From Octopus sinensis (lineage: Eukaryota), in assembly GCF_006345805.1 (NCBI RefSeq), contig NC_043008.1, forward strand, positions 35,588,001 through 35,652,000: a DNA stretch of 64,000 nt, written 5' to 3'. The position numbers were made by a program, and so were the translations under genes. How positions within the stretch are numbered: position 1 is the stretch's first letter; each line of letters begins with the position of its first letter. Below the pieces are notes generated by a model. The model made no database searches, had not been told where the DNA came from, and saw only the letters and a program-made list of their open reading frames with translations. Shown here piece by piece: positions 14,644 through 27,151 of this stretch.

Positions 14644-15300
14644 CAGCTGAATAAAGTTAAAGCACGATCTGGTTTTCGCGCTTTTTAAAAGCAGAAAATT
14701 GATATACTGCATTAAATGCCCGAACTGCCAGGAATTATATATATGTGAGACAGGTAATGCATTATCGGAAAGCTCACGAGTTCACAGGCAACAAATCCGG
14801 AACACCAATGTTCGCCAAATTCCATTGAGCGAACATTTAGAGACATGTGATCAGAAAATATTTCTAATTTTTTCCTTTCCACAGACTACATGACAAGATA
14901 AAAGAAGAAAGATAAAAGAAAAACGGTTTATTAGAATGTTCAAACCTGTTCTGAACGGAAATAACAGCAATAATATAACAACCAGTTAATGATGTAGATT
15001 AAAAAATATCTCTCGCATATAAATATAAACAAATTATAGAATATCGGTACGCCTGGCAAACCATGATGTTTAAGATGCATGCGGATTGGTCAAAACCATA
15101 TTCTAAAAACTCAGCTTGTTGGAACGTTTTAAGAGGTACTACAGCTGTCAAGAACTCAACATATTTGAAATCTGATGATTACTCTATTATGAAAGCGCTA
15201 ATTTAACTTTATGAGCATTACAAAATATTTTTTTAATGTTGAAATACCATAATAAAAAAACGTGAATACCAGACCATGTTTTCACTTTATTCAACTGATA
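14641..15300 (+). mobile_element. Penelope-like element 3' remnant (GIY-YIG endonuclease) with inverted terminal segments
   Basis: IYCIKCPNCQELYICETGNALSESSRVHRQQIR...PLSEHL (GIY-YIG), then KIKEKRFIRMFKPVLN. About 46 bp inverted repeat at 14641-14686 and 15255-15300. Confidence 0.8.
15168..15204 (+). ncRNA. Minimal hammerhead-like motif with decayed stem II in the Penelope 3' region
   Basis: AAAU-CUGAUGA-(12 nt)-GAAA-GCGC-UA-AUUU; palindromic AGCGCU at stem III. Confidence 0.45.
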
Positions 15301-15549
15301 TATTATTCTATACACATTCACACAAATTCGGAAAGACATACAAACACATACGCACACACACAAATGTATATGTGTGTGTGTATGTATGTATATGTATATC
15401 TATATAGATATATATGTATGTGTGTATGTATATGCATATATATATATAGTTAATCCAAACATGAAAACACAAAGAGAAAACACAATAACGCGAGGACGTG
15501 GAACAAGTATAGTATTATTGGACGCTCATAAAAGAAGGAAAGAAGGAGG

Positions 15550-15584
15550 GTTCAACGTTTCGAGCGGAGCTCTTCGTCAGAAAC
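15550..15584 (-). ncRNA. Minimal type I hammerhead-ribozyme-like motif
   Basis: GUUU-CUGACGA-A-GAGC-ucc-GCUC-GAAAC-GUU-GAAC: intact core, 4 bp stem II, 4 bp stem I, palindromic AACGUU at stem III. Confidence 0.55.
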
Positions 15585-15660
15585 ATAGGAAAAGGAAAGA
15601 TCCAAAGAAGGGAAGACAGAGGAAAAAAATCGCCAACGGTACACACGCGGTCAGATTTTG

Positions 15661-15694
<34 letters not shown>

Positions 15695-16440
15695 TATATA
15701 TACACGCGAGTAAGCATATAAATGTACAACAAGGTGAAAGAAAGGAGTACTCGAATACTGAAGGTAGAGCAACATGCCCATTTTTATTGCAAAAATATCA
15801 CAAAAATCTGTTACTCAGAGTTTCACGCTTCCGCCCGTCGGACAGTTGTGATCAAGACTGGGATAAAATTGTGATGGCACATGTAATATATGATTTGATA
15901 TAATCCAATTTGACGAATAAACATTTGAATTTTAATGGGTAACTTTTTTTCAAACGTAAACGATGTTATATTCGCTTACGGTTGTGTGGATTGGGAGTGT
16001 ATAAATTGAACAATAAAAATATAAATATATTATTTTCTACTCTAGGCACAAGGCCCGAAATGTTTGAGGAGGGGGCCAGTAAATTAGATTGACCCTAGTA
16101 CGCAACTGGTATTTAATTTCCCGACCTCGAAAGGATGAAAGGCAAAGTCGACCTCAGCAGAATTTGAACTCAGAACGTAAAGACAGACGAAATACCGCTA
16201 AGCATTTCGCCCGGCATGGTAACCCCAGAAGGGGTTAATTAAAAGTTAATAATTAATAGAGGCGCAAGTTTGTTTTTATAAAGTTAAAAACCATGGATTA
16301 AAGAATTTCTTAGGTTGAAAAATTCAGTAACGAGTGTATGGTGCATATACATTCACACAAACATGCAAATTTATGACTATACACACAACACATATACATA
16401 AATACATACATCTCTCCCTCTCTCTCTCTCTCTCTTTCTG

Positions 16441-16488
<48 letters not shown>

Positions 16489-16654
16489 GTATATAAACAT
16501 ACACACACATATGCACATATGTATATGAATACACATATAAGTGTGCACATACACACACATATATATGCATATACATTCACGTGCACACATGTATACACAC
16601 ATCTACGTATATACACATGCATATACGTGCATACATACATATGTACATATCCAC

Positions 16655-16765
16655 ACATACTTGAGCGAGAAATTCTTATCTTCTTCCAGGAGAAAAACGC
16701 TTCAAACCAAAGATCAGAACACTTGAACCGCTGCAGACACGCTTCGAAGTATTTGATGATTTGAC
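16655..16765 (+). mobile_element. Penelope-like C-terminal remnant
   Basis: LEREILIFFQEKNASNQRSEHLNRCRHASKYLM resembles the LNxRSExxxxCRHxNK end of Penelope-type ORFs. Confidence 0.5.
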
Positions 16766-17580
16766 AAAAAATTCCATATAGATAGCAAAATTGCTCTTTG
16801 GGCTTACTAAAATTCTCTCAAATTTACCTGCACATATCACTTCGTATTCATTTTATTTTCATTCATATTATTTATTTTTTATTTATTTTATTTCACTAAC
16901 AACAGACTCTCCAAAAACCTTCCACTATCTACAAACTATCTGACTCTCCGATACTTTTAAATGCATTTCTCTACCAACTGCACTGGATTTTTATCTATGA
17001 CCTTTTGCCTACCGAATTTCGAAGTTTAGCTTTTAGTTATAATATAAACGTATGCCCAGAAGAGAAAATTCATTATTCGTCCATTGTTCATGTATTTTGA
17101 AAGTTCTCATTATGATTATTCATTTATCTATGCTTTTTTTTAGAAAATGATTTTTGTTGCATTGTTCTAATATAATTTTGTATATCTTGTCTTATTGAAC
17201 ACATCTAGTTAGACTTACAACTGTTAAAAAAATCCACTGATTTATATTATGTAAGATAATTTATTTTAATTTTATAATCTTAATAATTCTAATTTCGTTT
17301 TTATTCAGCAAATTTTAAACTTTAATAACTTACACATTTTCTCTTCCAATTGCAAGCTTCCTCCGTTAAGAAATGTATTAATCCTATATTTATCTGCTTT
17401 TATTTGCTTCTATATATTCAACATGCCAGTTTCATACCAGTGCATATAAAGACGTTGTGTATACGTATGTATATATGCATATGTATAAAAATACAAAATA
17501 CACAGTAATAACAATACTCAAAATATAATACAGACTGGAGTTGTAGTGCTCCAAATGTTGTAGTGCTTCTTAATTTCAGT

Positions 17581-17686
17581 GGAGGAACATTTGAGCGGAG
17601 GAAAATTTGAGCGGAGGAACATTTGAGCGGAAGAAAATTTGAGCGGAGGAACATTTGAGCGGAAGAAAATTTGAGCGGAGGAACAT
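17581..17686. repeat. 16 bp minisatellite, about 6.6 copies
   Basis: Units GG(A)(G/A)GAA(C/A)ATTTGAGC start at 17581, 17597, 17613, 17629, 17645, 17661 and 17677. Confidence 0.95.
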
Positions 17687-18147
17687 TACTAAAATCCACA
17701 CTCAGAGATCAAATACAGTTTCGAATATATGAAATGTATCATATTAATTGGCGCGTCTCCGAAAAAGTTTGTAATTTTTGTATTTTTTCTGGAATTTTAA
17801 TACGCCATTTTAATATGTCCTTTTTATGTTTTATTATCCAAAATTTTTGATTTACCAATGTTTTATAACTTTAAGCGTAAATTCACTGTTTTGTATGTAA
17901 CACTGATTCTTATATATTTATATATATTATATGATTTTTATCTATTTATATATATATTATCATATTTATATATGCCGGATTTTATATCCGTTCTGTAGAT
18001 ATAAATGAATATATGAATATATATTTGTATTTGATCTTTGTGTGTGGATCTTAGTAATGTTCCTTTAGTTCCTGCATGTGTATATATATGTATATTTATT
18101 TGTGTTTGTGTGTGTATGCACCTGTGTGTATTCATATAAATAAGTGC

Positions 18148-18179
<32 letters not shown>

Positions 18180-18199
18180 ATACATGTATATATATATAT

Positions 18200-18249
<50 letters not shown>

Positions 18250-18728
18250 AGAGAGATGTATTTATCTGTGTATGTGTGTATGTATTTAGCGCATGCATAG
18301 TCATAGACTTATATGTTTGTATATATGTGTATATGCACCATACACTCGTTATTGAATTTTTCAACCTAGGAACTTCTTCAATCCATGGTTTTAAATTTTA
18401 TAAAAACAAACTTGCACTTCTATTAATTATTAATTATCAACTAACCCCTCCTAGACATGCATTACTCCCTTCTTCACTCAAGGTTTTTTCGATATAATAT
18501 AATATAATATATTTGTATTTTATTATTCGATTTATACACTCCCAACCCATACAACCGTTAGCGAATACCACACCGTTTATGCTTTGAACATAAGTTACCC
18601 AATCAAATTCAAATGCTTATTCGTCAAATTGAATTATATCAAATCATATATTACGATTTTATTCCAGTCTTGATCATAAGCGTCCGACGAACGGAAACGT
18701 GAAACTCTGTTTTGTGGTGTTTTGCAGC

Positions 18729-18935
18729 TTTAAACGGAATCTCGATAAACTCCTTCAAAGAATACCAAATAAGCCACCTATACCGGGATATAACTCACTT
18801 AGCAAGAACTCCCTACTCGAATGGAGCACGATGCTACAAAACTTGACTTAAAAAGGATTTAGATAATCCTATCAGGTGGTGCTATTAAGTTAAACATGGC
18901 CCAGACCAATCTTTGGTCCAAACATATCTAAGTTT
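18729..18935 (+). mobile_element. Short 3'-end copy of the same CR1/L2-type LINE
   Basis: Aligns by eye to 36440-36644 (ccttcaaagaatacca.ataagccacc...ctatcaggtggtgctattaagtt...catatctaagttt) and carries 15 extra nt relative to the long copy. Confidence 0.85.
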
Positions 18936-19079
18936 ATATATATGTATGTGTGTGCGCGCGCGCACGTGCGTGTGAGTGCATGTATGTATGTATGTGTGTA
19001 TGTATGTATGTATGTATGTATGTATGTATGTATGTATGTATGTATGTATAATATAAAGAAGGCAGCCCACTGTTCGATG

Positions 19080-20050
19080 TGCCTATATGAAGCTCGACAG
19101 AACTGAAGTTACTGATCTCATCAAGGCATTTATACTGGATAATTTAGAAGTGCCTAGAAACTCCCACAGTTTTGTGGCCTAGCAATTTCAAGCCATATGA
19201 ACGCTCACGAAATGTATAAGTTCAGAAATTCAGCCTAACTATAACTGTTACCACCAATTTAACAAAGATCGAATTCTTGGACCAAAACGGCAAGTACTAT
19301 CTTGACAGAAATCCCAACGAGGTAACGATTTATATCCACACAAGTTCCAGTCAGCCTTATCTGTAATTAGAAGCCTAGGCTTTGGCATGAGCAGAAGAAA
19401 TCCGGTCTATCAGCAGATAGAGAGATCTTCATGAGGGCGACACCTATTATAACGAAAGAATCAACAAGAGTAGCTTTCCTGGTATGTTAGTATACATGTT
19501 GATCCCCACATCCTTCCGCTAAACCTGAGGGGAATTAAAAAGGAAAACGTAATCTGTTTTAATCCTCTATTTAATCTTGATTTCCATTAATATAGGTATG
19601 AGTTTCCTGAATATAACTCCCAACAGTTGCTGTAGCAACTTCGTGCGACAAGAATTGTACACTCCCACACAGTTTTCACCCGACACTCCAACCAGCGATT
19701 TTAGAAATCCTACCAACTGCCCACTGGGAAGAACCTGCCTCTCAAAGCAGTGGACTTTATATCTTCTGCGATCTAAAACACTGCAGAGGCTACAAGTTCT
19801 GCGGTGCTCTGTACATAGACGAAACGGACTGTTGTTTGGGAGACAACTCCCTTAAGCATTCGTAATAATGCCTAGGATTTTCTCAAACGCATAGCCTAAC
19901 ATTTTATTATACCTGATCACTCTAATGACCATACCTGATCACTCTAATGACCATATTGGCGTTTCTGGAGCTGACCAACAACACAAGTAAAAAAAAGTTT
20001 TATCTTCAGCCTGGAGACTCCTGCACCGCATGACCTGAATATACGCTTCA
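19080..20050 (+). mobile_element. Degenerate Penelope-like RT and GIY-YIG remnant(s)
   Basis: Fragments across frames: YLDRNPNEVTIYIHTSS, NVICFNPLF, NPTNCPLGRTCL, LYIDETDCCLGD (YIGETGRRLGD-like), FSLETPAPHDLN. May be two subfamilies. Confidence 0.6.
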
Positions 20051-21124
20051 ATAGTCTTTGATTTTGCCATTCACCTTCAATTTCTTCCACTCATTAAAAC
20101 AATTCCTTGTTGTTCCATATTTTTCTGGTTTTTTTTTTTTCCTGTTGTGTAGTATAAAATAGAAATAAAATTTAAAAATTTGTTCTTTCTGTGCGGTCCG
20201 GCACCTAATGATCCGCAGCCTGGGTCTGGTCTGTAGCCCATTGGTTGGGGACTTCTGCTCTAGGCTGTTATTATCAAACCCCATGTTAAACCATGTTAAG
20301 TTGATTTTTCATTACAAGCGTTTCTGAAGTTATCTTTAGTTTTATTTTTCGCATAGTGTATCTAGGACTATGTAATCCAATCTGTCCTTTGTTTTAAGAT
20401 AAATGTGGTGTGTTTTGAGTGAAATTCGGTTACTATATTTAGCAAATGAAGTGACTGCAATGAAAGGAGACCAACCTCGTCGGTTGTTAGAGGTTTCTAC
20501 CTGAATATATTTTATTAGTGAATTAGAAACGTTAAACTGAAAAAATCTTAACACTGAACGATGAAAGAATAAAATTTACTCGATGAAATTCAGTCGCCGA
20601 AAAGATGATAATTTAGGCTGTACAGAGAATAATTATTGAAGAGTGTTAGACTATAACACATACCTTTCATCATTCAACAACATCGACTGACTGAATTGGA
20701 TGCAACATCAGTGAGTTCAAAAGTTTAGAGACGAGAAACATGACGAACAGCTTTGGCAGCAGATTACGAAAGAAAATGAAGGTGTTTCTTTAGGCGAGCA
20801 AGGACCACCAAAAGACTTGATGTGTGAAGATGAAAAGACGAAATACCCAGATTCTAAGAAAGTTTTAGATTTCATCTGACGTTTAAGAAGCTTATGCCTT
20901 CTCTTTCTTCCTTTCTCGCTTTCTCTCTTTTTCCTTACTTTCTTTCTTTCTTTCTTCCTTCCTTTCTTAAATATCTTCACTTGGTTTTCACTCGCTGTAT
21001 AACTTTCATACGATATCTTGCTGTTACGTATCTTGACACACTCTTTGATTAAGCATATATCAATAATGACGCGAGTCTGGCAATCAATCAAAATCGAATG
21101 GGTCTTAAATTTTCATGCGAAAAT

Positions 21125-21527
<403 letters not shown>

Positions 21528-21872
21528 GCATGTAAGTTGTCATAACAATTATGAAAGTAGCACTTCTAGTTGCAGGAAATAAAACAGCTGAAAAATATCA
21601 AAATTGTACCAAATCTTTCGGATAGATGGGTGAGGCAGGGGCAGAGAAAAGTGAGTTACTATTTGGCAAGCATAGAGTCAAACTTTATACACATTCGTAC
21701 GAAGTATAGCGAGAATGTGTTTAAACATACATACCGTATGTAGAAATCATATGTAATACAATATATATATATATTGGTGTGTATGGGGAGAGTCATTTTC
21801 TTTTAGTACCTTATTTTCTAACACACTCACAGCAATATATATATATGTGCGTGTGTGTGTGTATGTGTGTAG

Positions 21873-21917
<45 letters not shown>

Positions 21918-21940
21918 GTACATATATTCTCTCTCTCTCT

Positions 21941-22143
21941 CTTTTACTTGTTTCAGTCATTTGACTGCGGCCATGCTGGAGAACCGCCTTTAGTCAAGCA
22001 AATCGCCCCCAGGACTTATTCTTTGGAAGCCTAGAACTTATTCTATCGGTCTCTTTTGCCGAACCGATAAGTTACGCGGACGTAAACATACCACCATCGG
22101 TTGTCAAGCAATGTTGGTGGGACAAACACAGACACAGAAACAT

Positions 22144-22223
<80 letters not shown>

Positions 22224-22395
22224 CATATATACGACAGGCTTCTTTCAGTTACCATCTACCAAATCCAGTCACAAGGCTTCGGTTGGCCCGAGTTTATAGT
22301 AGAAGACACTTGCCCAAGGTGCCACGCAGTGGGACTGAACCCGGAACCATGTGGTTGGTAGGCAAGCTAGTTACCACACAGCTACTCAAGCACCT
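21941..22395 (-). mobile_element. SINE family A, full-length copy
   Basis: Colinear with 12066-12477. Confidence 0.8.
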
Positions 22396-22876
22396 ATATA
22401 TATATATTGCCTCCCTCTCCTTCCATTTCTTTTCTCTCCTCATTTTCTCTTCTCCCTTTCTCCCCACTTTCTATTTGTTCCATCTTCATCGCTTTTATTT
22501 TCTTTTATTTTCTTTTTGCATATATTTTCTTCTCCTCACGCCCTTTTCTTATTATTATTCTTCTATTTATTTATTTAATTTTTTATCGTATTTTATTTTA
22601 TTTTTATTTTTTATTTTTTATTCAAACGCTTGTGCTTCTTTCTCCCCATACCCTTTCTATGTTTCCTTTCCACGTTTAATTTCCTCAGAGACGCCATGAT
22701 AGATCGTTAGCCACTACACATGTTTTTTTCTCTCCTTGTTTTTTTCTGTGCTCCTTTCTGTAGAAGAGCGTAGGCTCGAAACGTAAAAGACTTTTTCTAT
22801 TCCTGAGCGTTATACTTATACATCTGTTTGTTTTGTACACCACCTGTCTTTGTCTTTTGTTTTTTTCGTAAACTCT

Positions 22877-22921
<45 letters not shown>

Positions 22922-23177
22922 TATATATATATATATTGCTTTGTCTGGGGAGAGTCGTTCTCTTTTAGTGCCTTATTATTTAACACACTCACAGATTCAG
23001 TTTCCACTCATTTGCTTATTTAGTTTTCCTAAAATTTTCATTGCGTCTTGCAACATTTTCAATCGGTGAGTGTATTAAACAATAAGGCACTAAAAGACAA
23101 TGACTCTCCCCAGACACAACAAAATATGCTTCAACACATGAACTCACATAAAGAGTTTTGCAAACCAAATCCCAAAA

Positions 23178-23211
<34 letters not shown>

Positions 23212-24391
23212 CAAGGGTTGGGCAAAATAATGGAAACACTTAGCATCATAGCATCATAATTTTGAAATATCTATAAAACCACCAAAAGCTTGTTAATTTT
23301 TATATTTTGGGTTTATTTTTAGTGTTGCTTCATATGTTTTGCTAAAATTGCTGTTTCCTTTCAGATATCATCAGAAAAAGGTAATTAAAATTCATCAAAA
23401 TGACAGATCTATCGGACTTTCAAAGAGGTCAAATTGTTGGTGCTCGTATGACAGGCGCTAGCATAACGAAAACAGCCAAAATGTTTGGTGCATCAGGAAG
23501 TACTGTCTTGAAAGTAACGATAGCCTTTGAGAAAGAGGGAAAAACAGAACTCCGGAATAAAACCAAAACTTTCAGATAGGGACCGTCGAACTCTTACGCG
23601 TATTGTTAGAAAGGATCACAAAAGTACAGCTCCCAAAATTACTGCAGAGTTTAATGACCACCTTATGAACCCAGTTCCCACAAAAATTGTTCGCATTTAG
23701 AGTGGAGTAAAAACCTACAGAATTGGTCCCTAGAGCAGTGGAAGAATGTTATTTTCCCGGACGAGTCATCCTTTACCTTATTTCCGACCACCGGTCGAGT
23801 GTTCGTGTGAAGTCAACCAAAAGAAGCGTTTGACCCAGGCTGCCTTCTCCAACTGTTAAACATGGAGGAGGATCTGTGATGATCTGGGGGGGGGGCTATA
23901 TCTTGGAAATCCGCGGGCCCAGTGGTTTCCTTTCATAGCAGAATTAAAAGTCAAGGCTATTAAGGCATTTTATCTGATTAAATTCATCCTATGGTTGCGG
24001 AACTGTTTCCGGAGGGAAACGCAATCTTTTGGGATGATAATGCACCAATTCACAGTGCTAAAGTTGTTACTGAATGACCGAGGAACATTCTCGTGAAGTT
24101 GAACATCTTATCTGACCACCACAAACCCCAGGTCTCAATATTATTGAACATTTATGGTGCATTTTAGAAAATAAATAATGAGTCGAAATCCTCCACCATC
24201 ATCACTACAAGAACTGGAGACAGTTTTCGCTGAAGAGTGGACAAAAATTCCTTTGAAAACGATTCAAACTTTGTACGAGTCCATACTTCGCAGAATTTCA
24301 GCTGTAATTACTACCAAAGGCGATCCTACCCCATATTGAAATAAATTGATTTGAAATTTTAAGGTGCTTCCATTATTTTGTCAAACCACTG
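23212..24391 (+). mobile_element. Near full-length Tc1 element (DD34E type) with TIRs; transposase pseudogene 23400-24339
   Basis: TIRs CAAGGGTTGGGCAAAATAATGGAAACAC and reverse complement CAGTGGTTTGACAAAATAATGGAAGCAC, both flanked by TA within (TA)n. Decayed ORF MTDLSDFQRGQIVGARM...DES...DDNAP...NIIEHLW...GDPTPY* with stops and frameshifts. Confidence 0.9.
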
Positions 24392-24407
24392 TATATATAT
24401 ATATATA

Positions 24408-24456
<49 letters not shown>

Positions 24457-25309
24457 TAATAAATAAAATATATGCATACATACAAACATATATGTACGTA
24501 CCGACATCTACATGTATATATACATGCATATATAAATATATATACGTACAGGACACCACAAAAAGACGTAAAAATCAACAGAAACGAAAGTGGAAAAGCC
24601 ATTTTGTTACAACAGAAGGACAGAGACGTGGAACAGGACGAAAACGAAAACGGGAAAAACATTATGTACAGCAGAAAAACGAGGTACAGGACATGCTACA
24701 CAAGGAAAAATCCCCTTCATCAGCTGTCACTAGCAGACATAGCGTGTTTCGAAGGCAAGACAGGACACGTCTGTAAATGCTAGGCCTTCCTACGAGAGAA
24801 TTAAAATAAAATAACCTCGCAGAGGGGTAAAACGAGCAAGAAAAATGTAACACAAAAATGGATGTAACAAAGAACTGCACAAAAAAATACAAGAAAAAAT
24901 ACAAAGATAAAAGATACATGTACAAGAAAATACAAAACGAGAAATAAATTACAATACGAGAAATCAAAATAAACAAGAGAACAAACGAAAAAAACGAACG
25001 AAGGCCTTTGTGCTGGCAGGGACGAGAGAGGTAACTGGCGAGCGCTGGGAAACATGACCTTAGGGCCTGAAGGCAACGTGCGAAAGGATTAGCAGTGAAG
25101 AAAGTGAGGAGGAGTGGGAGAGAGAGAGAGAAAGATAGAGGAAGACACGCGACTGAGAGAAGGGTGAGGAAAAGGGAGAGAGAGAAAGAGAGAGGGGAAG
25201 GCAAAGCAAAGGGAGAGAATTTCGCGTCATAATATTAAACTAAAAAGCAAACATGGAGGAAAGGGACGGAACGAAATGAAAATTCGAAAAATCGAAAATT
25301 CAAACGAAC

Positions 25310-25370
<61 letters not shown>

Positions 25371-26415
25371 ATGTGTGTGTGTGTGTGTGTATATCTTCTA
25401 TCTTTTACTTGTTTTAGTCATTTGATTGCGGCCACGCTGGGGCATCGCCTTGAAGACTTTTTAGCCGAATGAATCGAACCCTGTACTTTTGTTTAAAACC
25501 TAATACTTATTCTATTAATCTGTATTGCCGAAACGCTATGTTACGGGGATGTAATCACACCAACAACGGTTGTCCAGCAACACACACACACACATATACA
25601 CACATACATACCTATATATATTCGACAGGCTTCGTTCAGTTTCAATCTACCAAATCCACTCACAAGGCTTTTTGTCGGCTTGAGGCTATAGACACCTATC
25701 CAGGTTGCCACGTAGTGCGACTGAATCCGAAACCATGAGGTTGGGAAGCAAATACATATACACGTGTATATATACATACATTTATACATGCATATATATG
25801 CGGGAAATAGGAGAACTGAAATAGATTTAAATATTAGAAAACCTAGCTGTGAGAAGAATTATACGAATGTAAAACTCATTCCCAGTGTGATATCGATGAT
25901 CAGAAAAACAAATAGGGACTTTTCTGAAGAATAGTGTCGTAGTTTGTTGGCCACTCCTCCGATAAGATGTGTCCAGTTTTTTTTCTGCAATCCATAGCAT
26001 AAATCACTCAGCTGAATTATATAAAGCAGTCATAAATTAAGCAGTTACTGTAATGGATAACTGAATTTACAAATTTGTCTTTTTGATGGTTTGATATTAA
26101 TTAAAAATGTTTTTTATGAACAACACAACGTAAATCTAAACAACGGTTTCAAATTTTGGCAGAAGACACGCAAGTTTAAGGTAGGATGTAGTTGATTACA
26201 GAAGTCGACCCCAGTGATCAACTGGTACTTGTTTTATCGACCCCGAAAGGATGAACAGCAAAGATAACCTCGACGGGATTTGAATTTAGAACGTAAAGAC
26301 GGACGGAATGACACTAAACATCTTATCCGGCATGCTAACTATTCTGCCAGCTTGTCGCTTGAATAAATCTAAATGTTAAAGATGCCTAGCTGTGACAAAA
26401 TACTGTAAGAATGTA

Positions 26416-26930
26416 CCGTAAATCTTCGAATATAGTCCGCCCTTGAGTATAATACGCAGGGGATTTTTAGGGGGCTGTACCTCTGAAAAACCTAAACCTT
26501 GTGTATAATACGCACTCCTCTAACTTGAGTCGTGCGGAATTAAGCCAGCAGCACCTAGTCGAACAAACACTTCCGCACATGCGTAATACAATAATGATGT
26601 TCTCAGCTGTTATATGGGAATATGAATATGTTTGAAAATTGTTTTTGTTACATGTTATTCTGTGTTCTGAATACTTTTATTTTAATAAATGTTGCTTACT
26701 GCAAGTTATGACTGATTCTTATATGACTTCATTGCTTTCAAGCTTAGCTTAAGGTATTTTCACGCCCGACATAACAAAATGCATCTGAATAAACATTGCC
26801 GGACAGCAAAAAGAGACTCAGATATTGCATAGAAAATATTTTTCATTTTTAACCTCGTATATATTACGCACTAGAGATTTTGACCTTTAAATTTTGGGGG
26901 GAAAATGCGGATTATTACTCAACGCTTTCG
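26416..26930. mobile_element. Pogo/Tc2-like non-autonomous element
   Basis: TA|CCGTAAATCTTCGAATATAGTCCGC start, three GTATA(A/T)TACGCA subterminal motifs, degenerate inverted end GCGGATTATTACTC near 26907. Confidence 0.45.
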
Positions 26931-27151
26931 ATGCACAAAAGAAAGAAGTGGAGGGGGCATTTCTAACGGATCGTTTCGCAGTATGGTAGTTACTCAATTT
27001 ATCAATGCTTTATATAATCGCTGAATACTCTATGCTATCGACTGGAGAAGAAAATCGGGTAAGTCTTCTCTGGGGAGCGATCTACAAATTATTTCGAAAC
27101 AGTACTTCTTTTTACCACGCATTGGAGACAGAGAAGGAATGTGATTACACA

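Noticed and set aside
17581-17686. CRISPR-like array
   Set aside because: Head-to-tail units with no spacers, eukaryotic context and no cas genes.
19909-19955. Exact 22 bp tandem duplication ATACCTGATCACTCTAATGACC
   Set aside because: Ordinary local slippage inside a dead Penelope remnant.
20716-20880. Protein-like plus-strand stretch VQKFRDEKHDEQLWQQ...KVLDFI*
   Set aside because: Only about 54 codons with no start, clear acceptor or motif.
24700-24770. Possible type II hammerhead on the minus strand (GAAAC...GUC...CUGAUGA)
   Set aside because: Stem I does not form unless the cleavage-site C is paired, and stem II pairing is poor.
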